This document shows positions 48,532 through 62,650 of a DNA stretch of 64,000 nt, one piece after another. A program made the translations under genes and the position numbers. The stretch's first letter is position 1; each line of letters opens with the position of its first letter. The DNA comes from Octopus bimaculoides. Lineage: Eukaryota. The stretch is from NCBI RefSeq assembly GCF_001194135.2, contig NC_068982.1, positions 144,655,632 through 144,719,631 of the forward strand, given 5' to 3'. Below the pieces are notes generated by a model. That model saw nothing but the letters and a program-made list of their open reading frames with translations, did no database searches and was not told the DNA's origin.

Positions 48532-49769
48532 GTAGTGAAACTACCTCCCGCCATTAGATACAAAACTACTATCGCCATTACATACAATCTTCTCATTTAA
48601 ATATAAATAAATGCGAGCGTAGTAGAGAACCCATTCCTTGTCCATCACGTGACTGATCATTATTCGAATCGGCAACTTCTTCGAACCGTTCCCGCCAGAA
48701 CGCAAACTGACCAATCATGGCCCCTAATAAGGTCACGTGATGGAGTAAAATTCTAAAGGCATTTGGAGCCCTCTTAACGCTATATATAGATCAACTCATA
48801 CCCAATNNNNNNNNNNNNNNNNNNNNNNNNNNNNNNNNNNNNNNNNNNNNNNNNNNNNNNNNNNNNNNNNNNNNNNNNNNNNNNNNNNNNNNNNNNNNNN
48901 NNNNNNNNNNNNNNNNNNNNNNNNNNNNNNNNNNNNNNNNNNNNNNNNNNNNNNNNNNNNNNNNNNNNNNNNNNNNNNNNNNNNNNNNNNNNNNNNNNNN
49001 NNNNNNNNNNNNNNNNNNNNNNNNNNNNNNNNNNNNNNNNNNNNNNNNNNNNNNNNNNNNNNNNNNNNNNNNNNNNNNNNNNNNNNNNNNNNNNNNNNNN
49101 NNNNNNNNNNNNNNNNNNNNNNNNNNNNNNNNNNNNNNNNNNNNNNNCAGCGTCAACACGATTTACTATGTACACCAAACCAAACTCCGCGGCACATCTC
49201 TCTCTTCGATTCTGTTAGGTGACTCAGCTTCACCACGGTAAATAAACAGACAAGAAATTCTCAGCCAGCGATGAACATCTGTATAACAAGAATCAAGGCC
49301 CTGGCATCGACGCCAAAACACAACTAGTGTTAAGCTCTGCCACACTCAACCTTTCCTCACTTTCACATACAGAACTTTTCCTATAGTGTACTAACGATCT
49401 GGTATAATTGCTCACGTGTTATTGACTCTCTTTCTATCTGCTGTAAACACTCATACACACATGTATCACTCACATACACACTTTTCTTTGTATGACGGCC
49501 TGTCTTTGATTATGTTCTTATATGTCGCATTCACACTCACACACAGACATACATCTTTAACGCTACAATAAATATCTCTGTTATTCATCTTATACGGTTG
49601 TGGTCTTTCATTACTGGTCATCTATGTTATCGTCGCATAATATATCATCTATATCATCATTTGATATATATTTGTATGTTCGACCGTGTGACGCGTTTAA
49701 ATAAAAGGAGTCCTGTTTTTCCATTCGTCACCATATCTCCTTTTTGAGTTCGCACGGTCGTCCCTAACA
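48531..49769 (+). mobile_element. Putative solo LTR inserted in a (TA)n tract (about 1.24 kb including a 341-N gap)
   Basis: tata|TGTAGTG ... CCCTAACA|tata. CpG-rich, CCAAT 48711, TATA-like 48781, AATAAA near 49566 and 49699. Confidence 0.7.
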
Positions 49770-50132
49770 TATATATATATGTCATCATCATCATTTAACG
49801 TCCATTTTCCATGCTGGCATGACTTGACAGGAACTGGCAAGGTCAGGGAGTATACCATTCTGTGCATGGTGACTGCAGTAGTGTCAGTGCCAAAGTAAAA
49901 GAACCACAACACGGTGTAAAGAAATTGGCTTTAGGAAGGGCACCCAGTTGTAGAAAACATGTCAAAGCAGACACTAGAGCACAAGGCAGTTCTTGGACCC
50001 ATTGGATCCAGTCAAATCACCCAACCCATGCCAACAGGGAACAAGAACACTAAGAGATGATGATGATGACAATAATGATAATGACAACGATGGTGATGAT
50101 AATGAGAATGATGATGACAACAATGATGGTGG

Positions 50133-50168
<36 letters not shown>

Positions 50169-51706
50169 CCTATCTCTTCTTGCAGTTAGTTCAAACTTCC
50201 TCTGAACTTCCCTCCCATTTTTAGTTTTCTTTTTATATAAATTTATAGGGGTTTTGGCTAACCTTTGTGTCAGTTATTTTTGAGGGATTTCCTTCAGTTA
50301 ACTTCTATCAGACTTAAATTTTCTTTGGCTTAAGTTAATTATCAAACGAAGTTTACATTCATTTTTAATGAATTTCACAGTCAGCATGTCTTGATGTTGT
50401 TTAGCTTCATGTCAGTTCTCATTGAGCAGACCCATGATCAAAGGTATTCCAGCCATGATCATGTCATAATTTTTTAAGGTATAGCTTATCTAAGACTCCA
50501 TTATTCAATGTATCCTTCTTTTTACAAGGTGGTAGATATGAAGTAAATTTGGCTGCTATTTCAAGCAGGTCGTATGACCACTTAGAGAGCCCTTCATTAG
50601 TCTGTCTAATGTTGTTCCCAATATGGTTAGAAACTATACATGTATATAACAGGGCTCTTTTCATGGTTGCTTGACCTGCTAGAAATAGTAATCAACACTC
50701 CTTCAACATATCATCTTTAAAAGGGATGTGTTGGGTAGGGTGGTCCTGGATTTCCTGCACATAGGAAGAATACACAACAATCAAAGCTGAAATACATTTG
50801 ATCATAAGTCTGGTTTATTCAAGCTGACCTGGAGCTAAATACCAACAACAACAACAACAACAGCCAGTAATCGAATGGATAGCTGTGACTGAAAGTACAA
50901 GTGTAGTGGATTTATAAGTAGAACAAGTAGAAAGCTTTCATTGTAAACAAAATCAAAAGCTAGGATTGTTATGTATGTCAAGATGTTAAAAAAATAAATA
51001 TATATTGTAGGTGTGGCTGTGTGGTAAGAAGTTTGCTTCCCAGCCACATAGTTCCAGGTTCAGTTCATGGAATAGTGGACACCCAGAACTGTTACAACCA
51101 AACTTGTAAAAGACACCCAAGCTGGTGACACATAACAGGGTATCCATGCTGCTGACATGTAAAAGACACCCAGTACACTCTGTAGTATTTGGTATGAAGA
51201 AGGGCATCCAGCCATAGAAACCAAGCCAAAACAGACGACCTAAGCCTGGTGCAGCTCTCTGGCTTACCAGCTCCAGTCAAACCATCTAACCCATGCCAGC
51301 ATGGAAAATGGACATTAAATGATGATGATGACATAACTAACTTACATACATATGTAAGGACACACATTTGTACACGCACACACATTTGTACGCACACACA
51401 CACACACACACATTTACATGAACAGCCAAACTTACCTACGAACATAACATATATTATATAGCAAATTGTGGGTTAAGCTTCAAAAGTATGTGAAATGCTT
51501 AACATTCCTGAATGGGTCGTAATCCAACTACAAAACTACAATAAAGAGAGTAATCAGGGTGATGTTTAGTCAATAACTCAAGTTTTTTTTTACACACAGA
51601 TACTGCTCAAATATACATGAAAAAAGTGAAATGGCTGAATGGATAAGATATTTATTAAGTAGCTGATGGTGAGTTCACTACTATCTATACACGATAGGAA
51701 CAAGAT

Positions 51707-51853
51707 CAGTCATGGGCAAACTATGGCCCACGGGGCTTTTTGAATTACACATCAAAAAAAAAAAAATTACTTTGAATTTTTAGTAGTGCAACCCACCTGA
51801 TGATGGACCATGTGTCATGTGGTCCACTTCTCAAAAAATGTTGCCCATGCCTG
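51707..51853. mobile_element. hAT-type (Charlie/MER5-like) MITE
   Basis: TIRs CAGTCATGGGCAA / TTGCCCATGCCTG; 8-bp TSD aacaagat / tacaagat (7 of 8 match). Confidence 0.8.
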
Positions 51854-52319
51854 TACAAGATCTATTGTAACATTGGTCCCATTACAACCAATCAAACAGT
51901 TCACATTCAGCATTCATTATATATTGCATACAGAAATGTTTGGGTGTACAAATAGAAGAAAATGTACTCAATATATGCAGCAGAGTGTATTGCTTGAAAG
52001 CTGATGATTCATTCTGTCGCTAAAATAGACAGCCGTTTTAAGGTCACAGGTAGTTGATGCTTAGATTATCAATATTCTGTAATGCTAAGTAGATTTGAGC
52101 TGAATGTTACAAAATAGCAAGAGATTCAGAACAGTGACAAATATTACTGTTGATATCACCACCAACACCACTTTTATGTCTGCTTTTTATGTTGGCATGC
52201 GTGTGGACATGAGACAGCAGACCATGTTTTGTTCCAGTATCTCAGTTTTTTGGTTTGGTTTCTATGACTGGATGTCTTTCTTAATGTTATATATATATAT
52301 ATATATATATATATCATTA

Positions 52320-52625
52320 TCATCACCATCATCATCGTTTAACATCCGCTTTCCATGCTAGCATGGGTTGGATGATTTGACTGAGAACTGGTGGACCAGG
52401 TGGCTACACCAGGCTCCAATCTGATTTGGCAGTGTTTCCACAGCTGGATGCCCTTCCTAACGCCAACCACTCCGAGAGTGTAGTGGGTGCTTTTACGTGC
52501 TACCGGCACGAAGGCCAGTCAGGAGGTACTGGCAACGGCCACGCTCGAAATGGTGTATTTTACGTGCCACCTGCATAGGAGCCAGTCCAGGGGCACTGGC
52601 AACGACCTGGCTCGAATGTCTTTTC
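52320..52625 (-). mobile_element. RTE-LINE 3'UTR repeat, well preserved
   Basis: Near-identical reverse complement of 9110-9400. Confidence 0.85.
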
Positions 52626-52859
52626 AGCTGATGATTCACTCCATCATTATTCCAAGTTTAATCATAGCTATGCTAGCATCAATTAGGTAGGTATGCAATA
52701 AAACAGTTCTCTTTGAATCCTGTTGCTTTCCAGAATCAATATTCTTAAATTTGATCTGACTTTTGCAATAAATATCTTCTCCTTACGATAGGGTTACCTT
52801 TTTAAGATTACTCTATCACAGATACCTCTCTCACCATTTTTATTTTATATATGCATTAG

Positions 52860-53170
52860 GTATGGATTGCACCAAGGCTGTTGCAGACACTCTGAGATCA
52901 GTGAGACTGGCATGATTAATATTCCTCTTGAATAGTTGCAAGGAGAGTGAATTCCAGAGGATGGATATCCAGTAAAGGAAGAAATGGGCATAGAGGCTAG
53001 CGTGTGGTTAAGGGTGGCAAGAGAAGGAGAGACAAATGAGTTGGAGTGCATGAGTAGAGAGGGAATGAAACGAAACAGATCCAAGGAACTGAGGACACTG
53101 TTGTGGCGATAGAAACAGCAGAGAGAAGAGACACAATGTCTGTGACATCAACAGTGAGTGAGTAAACTTA
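52860..53170 (-). pseudogene. Possible LINE C-terminal relic
   Basis: VSSLCCFYRH..SSLDL..IP resembles the post-RT region of Jockey/CR1-like LINEs; weak. Confidence 0.35.
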
Positions 53171-53422
53171 CACACTGAGTGAACAGCCAACAAGTAATCA
53201 CTGTGGTGTTTGTGTTTGCGTGTATTTATGATGACAATCTGTGTGTAGAATTACAAATCTCTTGACATTCAAAACAGCATCTGTTTAACAGTTATTGTTT
53301 CAAATGAGAAGACCGATAAATAAAGAGGGAGGGGAAATAAATTAGGCCAGAGATTAAATCAAAATGAAAAAAAAAAATGAATACAATATACATATATATA
53401 TATATATATTTATACACATGCA

Positions 53423-53468
<46 letters not shown>

Positions 53469-54721
53469 NNNNNNNNNNNNNNNNNNNNNNNNNNNNNNNN
53501 NNNNNNNNNNNNNNNNNNNNNNNNNNNNNNNNNNNNNNNNNNNNNNNNNNNNNNNNNNNNNNNNNNNNNNNNNNNNNNNNNNNNNNNNNNNNNNNNNNNN
53601 NNNNNNNNNNNNNNNNNNNNNNNNNNNNNNNNNNNNNNNNNNNNNNNNNNNNNNNNNNNNNNNNNNNNNNNNNNNNNNNNNNNNNNNNNNNNNNNNNNNN
53701 NNNNNNNNNNNNNNNNNNNNNNNNNNNNNNNNNNNNNNNNNNNNNNNNNNNNNNNNNNNNNNNNNNNNNNNNNNNNNNNNNNNNNNNNNNNNNNNNNNNN
53801 NNNNNNNNNNNNNNNNNNNNNNNNNNNNATATATATATATGTCAGAATAAATATAAATATTGAAACAAAAGACAATAAAAGCAAGAGAAATCTCAGCAAT
53901 TGGTGGTCATTTAGTTAAATGAAATATTGCTAATTTCTGCCAATGAACATTGTCACGTGTAAAGTCATTGTACTTAACGAGGTGTGTGCAGTACTTTGCT
54001 AATTAGACAACAGAAAATTACCCTGAAAGGTCAGTGTAAACCAGCTGGAAATATATAGATACAGATGTATGTACACATGTGTGTGTGTGTGAGTGTATAC
54101 ACACACACACACACACACACATAAGTATGGATGTATAAATAGACATATACATGCATACATATATATAGACAAACATACACTCTTACACACATATGTACAT
54201 AGACAAACATAATTTGCATAGATACATTAGTCCTACTTATTAGGCTTACCCATTAGTCATAGGATAGTCCCTCCCCCATGGGGTAGCGTCCCATTTACAG
54301 TAACATTATATATGGGTATGCATACTACATATATGTATGTATGTACACACACATATTTGTGCATAAATTGTATTATATACCATCACAACACCATTCACAA
54401 ATGATATTACCTTCAACATATTGTGTTCCTTAGGTCCACTTTATCTATGTCAATGTCGACTGCTCCTACTATAAGACTTTCAGGAATTTAATAACTTCTC
54501 CCTGTTATACAAGTAGTTTTTGTTGGAAACATGACAAAAATGTAACTGCTCTTCTGCTCAGAGACTGTGATACTGCAATTGTAATCAAAATCGCAGCTGG
54601 TTGATTTCAAAAACTACCAAATCATCTTTCATGGCTCAATGGTTTTGTATCTTATTACAGTCACTGAGATTGCTATGTGAATGATCATGACAGCATCATG
54701 TCAATGGATAACATGCTTAAC

Positions 54722-54767
<46 letters not shown>

Positions 54768-56569
54768 TTCATCTAGGTCAGTGACGGTGAACTCATTTAA
54801 GCATAGCATGTTGAGATTTTAGTTTCTTTAATAATCTTGTTACTGGAATGTTACTTACATGATTACATGTATTTTAGTTTTAGGCAATTGAATAAGTTTT
54901 TTTATAACATGAAATTGCAGGTAGATTTTCGTTTTTCAAAGTTTGTCATTTGTCACCTGAAAACCTGCTATATGTTCATGCTGACACATGTCGTAAGTTC
55001 ACCATTATTAATCAAGGTATAAACATGTACCATTGATCTGGGTATAAATATGTACCATAAGAACTATGAGGTAAGGGCAGCCCATTATTTACAAAAGTGG
55101 GTCATGACAAAATTAATGAATATTTCCATAATATTGCAAAAGAACTGCTGAGTTAAAGTTCTCCAATAGGCTTGAAGTAGGTAAAAAGAGTACAAAGCTA
55201 GTCGCATACTCAAATGTAGATCAGGGTAACAGTCTTGTTCTGACATGCAATTATTTCTTGGGTTCTAGTTCTGATTATAAGCTATGCTTAATACTAAGTT
55301 TACTAGTGATCATTCTGTAATAAATTTAACTCTGGTGTACTTAAGGGTTTAGAAATGTCTCCATAACTCTTTCTTTCTTCTATTAACAAGTCACTTGCTA
55401 TCACTTCATCTAACACTAGTTCAAGCCTTGTCTGGTAATATAGGCATGTCCAAGAACAAGACACTTGATGACAATTGGAGATCAAAGCAATTGAAACATA
55501 GTTTAGATGTAACTAAATATTGAAACAAACTTTTGCTTAATATTCTAAAAGATTTTGTTATTTGCAACAAGTTTTCTCAGACATTAAGGTTAACTTAAAA
55601 TGTCCCTTTGGTATTTTGGAACATCTCCATATTTTGAACATGTTGTCTAAACAATGAGGTATTAGATGATCTAATACTCAAAGAGATTCATTTTCCACAA
55701 GCTCTACCATTTCATATTGTTAAAAAAAGAAATGAGAACAAGACTCTTCCTATTGGTATTTACAAAACACATTATCATGTATTTTTATGCAAACAACATA
55801 TAAACTCCACAAAAACAGGAAGAATCAAGGTTATGCAATAAAATCCAAAACAAATAACAACAATGACAGGAAGAATCAAGATTCTGCGGATGTATCTTTA
55901 ACAAATAAATAAATAGAAATAGAAAGAACTAAAGAGAAAGAAAAACAAGACAAAGAAAAAATTCAGTACTTTCAAAATGATACCAAAGGTAGGGGAAGAG
56001 AAAAAAGCAGAGGGGGTGCATTATTTTGGTAAAACTGTTCCACTGAGAGTGATTAATTACAAGAAGTAGTTACAAAAGGTCAATGCTTTGTAACAGGCCA
56101 TTAAAAAACTGTCAGACCTATCCACCAGAAGGTATCTTGGGGAAAAACACAGCAATGTACATTCAACATTAACACAGCTGTGGCATTTGAATGAAATTTA
56201 AATTTAAATATTGATGAGTCTGGATTGAAATTTCCTTTTCAACATTGTTGTTTTTATTGATTCTTCATCAATCTGTAATTATTTGCATGATAACATTTTG
56301 ATAAAATTAATATTTTATCTTCTCTAGGTATTAAAATTTATATGCACACACTCTCTCTTATACTACCTAAGTTTTATGTGTATGTATCTACTATATAACT
56401 TGGCATATATTTAAGCACACTAACTTATTATATTCCCTTAGCAGAGCACTCTGAGGTTATTTTCATTGCCATTCTAAGATCATTAATATACAAAGTGATG
56501 GCTTTGTTCCTTTGTATGTTCCTCATCAATTTATATACCAATCAATCTTAGTGTCATTGATAATATAGG

Positions 56570-56890
56570 AGCACTCTGTCAGTTACGACTACAAGAGTCC
56601 CAGCTGGTACAATCAATGGAACAGCCTGCTCATGAAATTAACATGCAAGTGACTGAGCAATCCACAGACATGTGTACCCCTAACGTAGTTCTCAGGGAGA
56701 CTCAGCGTGACACATAGTGTGACAAGGCTGGCCCTTTGAAATACAGGTACTGCTCATTTTTGCCAGCTGAGTGGACTGGAGCAACATGAAATAAAGTGTC
56801 TTGCTCAAGGACACAACGCATCGCTGGGAATCGAACTTACGACCTTACGATCGTGAGCCGAATGCCCTAACTATTAAATTACGCACCTTC
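56570..56890 (-). mobile_element. tRNA-headed SINE sharing its 3' half with 57254-57637
   Basis: Head ggtgcgtaatttaatagttagggcattcggctc..gtaagttcgattccc; shared ttgtcacac..gttaatttcatgagcaggctgttccattgat domain. Confidence 0.8.
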
Positions 56891-57049
56891 ACCATTGATA
56901 ATATATTGTGTGGCTAAATGAGCAAACGTTTCTCCTTTACTGGCTGCTGAATTGTCAGCAAAACATTTAGATGTTCTGTGAAGCAGCCTTTAACAAATAT
57001 TCTATATTTTCTTTATGTCATATATTTGAGAACCATTCTCTATGTTAGT

Positions 57050-57671
57050 TTAACCCTCTAGCATTTAAACTGGCCATATCCAGCCCAAATATTATACCTG
57101 TTTTATGTACAGACTGACCATGTTCAACCTCTCACACTTACTATACAATGTCATTCTAAAAATAAAGAAGCATGTCATCAAAATCTCAACACAAATAGAT
57201 AATGTATGATTAATTCAAAACAATGTGAATAAATAAGTATTATATTTGACAGAAGTGGAGGCGCAATGGCCCAGTGGTTAGGGCAGTGGACTCGTGGTCA
57301 TAGGATCGCGGTTTCGATTCCCAGATCGGGTGTTGTGAGTGTTTATTGAGCGAAAACACCTAAAGCTCCACGAGGCTCCGGCAGGGGATGGTGGCGAACC
57401 CTGCTGTACTCTTTCACCACAATTTTCTCTCACTCTTACTTCCTGTTTCTGTTGTGCCTGTAATTCAAAGGGTCAGTCTTGTCACACTGTGTCACGCTGA
57501 ATATCCCCGTAAACTACGTTAAGGGTACACATGTCTGTGGAGTGCTCAGCCACTTGCATGTTAATTTCATGAGCAGGCTGTTCCATTGATCGGATCAACT
57601 GGAACCCTCGACGTCGTAAGCGACGGAGTGCCAACACATTTGACAGAGTAATCTGAATGCTAAAGGCTTAA
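57050..57671. mobile_element. piggyBac-type MITE split by a SINE insertion
   Basis: TTAACCCTCTAGCATTT ... AATGCTAAAGGCTTAA; internal sequence matches 26384-26612 once 57254-57647 is removed. Confidence 0.8.
57254..57637 (+). mobile_element. SINE family D, full length, with a 10-bp TSD
   Basis: TSD ATTTGACAGA at 57244-57253 and 57638-57647. A box TGGCCCAGTGG, B box GGTTTCGATTCCC. Confidence 0.88.
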
Positions 57672-59158
57672 TTGATGCAGGCATAAATTCATAGCACCAA
57701 CTACCTATTAAGTCATTATACAGGCTCAGTAATTAAATATTTCACTTAGGTGAACTCAGATTCCACTGCATAGATTTATGTGCATATCATTATCATTTAA
57801 TGTTCCTGTCCCATGCTAGCATGAGCTGGACAGTTTTATAGAATCCAATGGATCCAATGACTACATCGTGCTCTAGTGTCTGCCTTGGCATGGTTTCTAT
57901 AACTGGATGCTCTTCCAGACATCAACCACTATTCAGCATGTACTGCCTGCTTTTTATGTGCCGTCAGTCGGCACTAGTGACATTGCAAGGCAGCTTGCAA
58001 GATTATGAACCCAGAGGGGGCTTGTGTGCCTGTGCGCATGCATGCATGTGTGAGTGTGTGTACATATATGTATACATGTATGAGTGAATGCATGTTATAT
58101 GAGTTTTAATTAAAACAGTGAATCCATTACAAACTGATTTGTTTCTTTCATAGTTATTGACATCAGTTTTGTTGGATTCATTTTCATTTTAATTAAAACG
58201 TGTCCCTTCTCAGTATTTATAGCTTGAGTACTTTATTCCAAGTAGTTTACCGTTCTGAACAAATTATGCAGGAATTTTGTTTGAGTGAGTGCATGTTCGT
58301 GTGAGTGCATGCGTGTGTGTTTCATGCCACAGCACTTATCAAAGATTTTCATAAGTGTTGTTGCATGACTTTAAGCTCTTCAGTTTTCAGCCTTACAGAC
58401 AATAAAATAAAAGTATATATATATATATATATATATATACTCTACTTTAAGCATAGAGTTCTATTTCCCCTATCTATATCATCAAACCTATCTCCCTCTC
58501 TGCACACACACACACACACAATTATGTATGCATGTAATGTATGTAGACATGTATGCTTATATTAATGCGCGTGCACACACACATGCATGCAAACACAGAC
58601 ACACATAGATACACACACACACACACACACACAACTATACAAATATTGTCAGTCAGAAAATGGCAAATGTGTTCAATTATAGGAACTGCCATAAAACACA
58701 ATCGTCCAAAGTTGATGCACAATAAACGGTGATTATGGCTTGTTGTAAATGTCAGGCAAACAGACTCTGCTGAAAGTAGCTACTGAGAAGGGTTTAATCA
58801 CTGCTTCGAGTTCAATAAACACTTGACTTTTAAACCTTGCTATTATAACTGATGTTGGTGACACAAGAGAAAAGATTTGTTCAGTTTTTAAGCACAGTGG
58901 GACTTATGAAAGCCTAAACAAAATGGAACTTTTTAATTGTTTCTTATACAAGCACAAAACCAGAAATTAATGTGAAGGGGGTTAATCTGGTAAATTCCAG
59001 TACATGACTGGTACTTTGTTATTCTTCTCCTTTTTCAATCTACTGACCCTGGAAGGATGAAAGGAAAAGTTAACCTTGGCAGAGCCAGAAGAAATAATTC
59101 AAAACATTTTATCCAATGTGTTAATAATTCTACCAATCCCTTGGCAATAATAATAATG

Positions 59159-59192
<34 letters not shown>

Positions 59193-60143
59193 TAAAATAA
59201 AATAATAATAATAATAATAATAATAATTATCATAATAATAATACCCAAGGCACACAGTTGTGTTCAGTAATGCAGTGAAAGCACATGATAAAAATAAGAC
59301 TATGGAATAATAATACTAATAATGATGATGATGATGATGATGATGATGAAGATGATGATGATTTCTTTGCTTTTTTTTTAGTCACAAGAGGTTGAAGAGA
59401 TACAAAACATTCAAAATTTTCCTTAGGAGTAACAATGACAGACAAGATAATGTGGAGTGTAAAAGGAGCACATTTAAAAATTATGAAAGGAAGGAGTAGA
59501 TAAGAGACATTATACAATATACGGAAGGATGTACAAAGAATGTTACAAGTACACAAATACATAAATACACACACACACATACACATGCTCGTGCACACAC
59601 ACACACGCATTCTATTATTATTTTATTCTTTTGCTTTTTTTCAGTAATTTGACTGTGGCCATGCTGGAGCACTGTCTTTTAGTTAAAAAATCAACCCCAG
59701 GACTTATTCTTTGTAAGCCTAGTACTTAACCTATTGGTCTCTTTAACTGAACCACACCGACACTGGTTGTCAAGCGATGGTGGGGGCACAAACACAGACA
59801 CACAGAAATATATATATATATATATACGACAGGCCTCTTACAGTTTACATCTTCCAAATCCGCTCACAAGGCTTTGGTCGACTTGAGGCTATAGTAGAAG
59901 ACACTTGCCCAAGGTGTCACATAGTGGGACTGAACCTGGAACCATGTGGTTGGGAAGCAAGCTTCTTACCACAGAGCCATACCTGCACCTATATATATAT
60001 AAAGAATATGAGGGGTTTAGCTTATTTGTGATCTAGACGAACAGGTAAGCTGGGTAACTGCTATAGTTGGTCGACCATTAAGTTCCAAGACCACAGCTAT
60101 GGCTGGATCTAGGAATCTGTGTGAAGGTTCTGTTATAGCAAGC

Positions 60144-60306
60144 ATATATTATATTAAAGGAAAAATCAAAACCAAGGCAGAATGAGTATCTAAAGTCATT
60201 AAGAATAATTTAATTAGAGTAATTAATAATCAATACTTAAATTATTCTAAATGACTTGAGATATTCATTCCGCTTTGGTTTTGATTTTCCCTCTAATATA
60301 ATATAT
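60144..60306. mobile_element. Near-perfect palindrome (about 69-bp arms, about 25-bp spacer), TA-flanked MITE-like
   Basis: tatattatattaaaggaaaaatcaaaaccaaggcagaatgagtatctaaagtcattaagaataatttaa is mirrored at 60237-60306. Confidence 0.8.
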
Positions 60307-60356
60307 AAATATATATAATCTATACACACACTGAGACAGACACACACATACATACT

Positions 60357-60396
<40 letters not shown>

Positions 60397-60805
60397 AATC
60401 TAAAAAATGGAACAAGAATGCAACAGATGACAATAAAATATCTTTGCAGATAAACAATATGAAGACAGACAGGAAGAACAACAAAAAAGATGGACAAAAC
60501 AAGGATGGGCCATTTGTGACATTCTCTCCTCAGTCAGGTTTCCAGATTATCATGCATGTATGTAAATATACACACATGCATGTGTATACATATATGCACA
60601 TATACGTTTGTGCAAAAAGTGATATAAAATATAAAACATGAATGTACATAAAAGCATCATAAAAATATGAATCACATTTGTGTATTTCAGTCTGTACTGG
60701 AACTCCTCATATATGATTTGAACTTGCTAAAGGGTGACAATGTCTTTTTAGGTATTCTCTCATAAAGGCACTGGCCAGAAGAACATAATGGACCAAATGT
60801 CTATA

Positions 60806-60850
<45 letters not shown>

Positions 60851-61884
60851 GATTATGGCTGCAACCAGAACTGAAACTTGAACAGAACAGATATTTTTAT
60901 ATAGACATTTGGGTTTCGGCAATTATGAACCTGAAGTCACCATGAGAAATTATGAGAGATTGTGATGTCCAGTTATCTTAATGAAGCTTGTGGCCATTAA
61001 TTGTGCTGTTCAAGAGAAAAGAGACAGAACTGTGTTGAAACTGTGACTTTTCACTAGTAAGACTTATATAATATCTGAAGTATTACAGATCCAAAAATAA
61101 TTTTCAAGCAAGGTTACAAATATATATAATATATATTTAAATATGGAATAAAGAAAAAAGTGACAGGCTATATAATACTTAGTAAATAGAAACAAAAAAA
61201 CAAAATCAATTTCTTTGAGATACACTTTAAAACTAAATCTAGATTAGTAATAGTCTATGTTTACAGCTCAGCTAGCAATGTCCACGATTTGATTTCAAAC
61301 CCTATTTGAAACCAATTGACTTTATTTATACAGCTTATGTCCTTTAACAAAGACATGAGTGTCACATTTTCCCCATCTCCTTCTCTACTAAAAACAGTCT
61401 AATAAGTCAGAGTATGCTCGGAAAAACAACCAGACTTCTATTTATCCCCATCTACTTTCTCAAATTTCCTATGTATATTATAAAACTTAGCAGGGATAAA
61501 AGTAGCGTTGCTGACTCTTATTCCACCAGTGGTTGTATGGCTTAATACTACGGCCCACACACAATCAGACGGAATAACATTAAAGCTAGAATATTAAATT
61601 ACTTTTGTACACTTAGCAGTGCTTAAATAACAACAACAACAGTAATAATAATCCATTCTACTATAGGCACAAGGCCTGGAATTTGTGGGGAGGGGGATAG
61701 TTGATCACATCGACCCCAGTGTGTAACTCATAGTTATTTCATCGACCCTGAAAGGATGAAAGGCAAAGTCGACCTCGGTGGAATTTGAACTCAGAACGTA
61801 AAATCAGACAAAATGTCACTAAGCATTTTGCCCGATGTGCTAACAATTCTGCCAGCTTGCTGCCTTAATAATTATAATAATAAT

Positions 61885-62650
61885 AATCATCGTTTAACAT
61901 CTATTTTCCATGCTGGCATGCATTGGACGGTTTGACTGGGGACTAGCAAGACAGGAGGCTGCACCAGGCTCCAATCTGATCTGGCAATGTATCTACAACT
62001 GGATGCCCTTCCAAACGCCAACCACTCTGAGAGTGTAGTGGGTGCTTTTTACGTGCCACCAACATGGGAGCTAGTCAGGCAGCACTGGCATCGGCCATGT
62101 TCGGATGGTGCTTTTATGTGCTACTGGCACAGGGGCCAGTCAGGGCGGGGACTGGCATCGATCATGGTCGGATAGCGCTTTTTATGTGCCACCAGCACGC
62201 GGAGCCAGTCAGGCGACATTAGTAATGACCCATGCATGAATGGTGCTTATTGCGTGCTACCAGCCCGGAGCCAGTCAAGCAGCACTGGCATTGGCCACAA
62301 CTACAATTTCCCTTTGATTGTGATTTGATTTGATTTTGATTTTACTTGACTCAATAGGTCTCCTCAAGCATGGCATGTCACTTGACGATTCAAAGGTACT
62401 TTTTAAATGGACTGGTTATGCGACACTGATGTAGGCTATGGCTGTGATCTCATTTTACTTGCTGGGTCTTCTCAATCACATCATATCTCCAGAGGTCTCA
62501 GTCTTTCGTCATTGCCCCTGTGAGGCCCATTGTTCGAAGGTCATACTTCACCACCTCATACCATGTCTTCCTGAGTCTCCCTCTTCCACGGGTTCCTTCC
62601 ACTGTTAGGGAGTGACACTTCTTCACACAGCTCTCCTCATCCATACGCAA
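61885..62650 (-). mobile_element. 5'-truncated RTE LINE with 3'UTR subrepeat array
   Basis: RMDEESCVKKCHSLTVEGTRGRGRLRKTWYEVVKYDLRTMGL plus GTGCC..GGCAC units and tail. Confidence 0.85.

Larger units (their letters stand above)
10652..53828. other. Nine assembly gaps
   Basis: N runs at 10652-10960, 12511-12950, 27338-27437, 30823-31387, 32561-32570, 34486-34715, 43580-43589, 48807-49147, 53469-53828. Confidence 0.99.

Noticed and set aside
51797-51830. CTGATGA followed by a GGACCA/TGGTCC hairpin as a hammerhead
   Set aside because: There is no GAAA after the stem, and it lies inside a hAT MITE.
10536-53918. Long ORFs containing X runs (10536-11069, 12365-13125, 30687-31500, 34445-34741, 48780-49178, 53354-53918)
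   Set aside because: They are artefacts of translating through N gaps.
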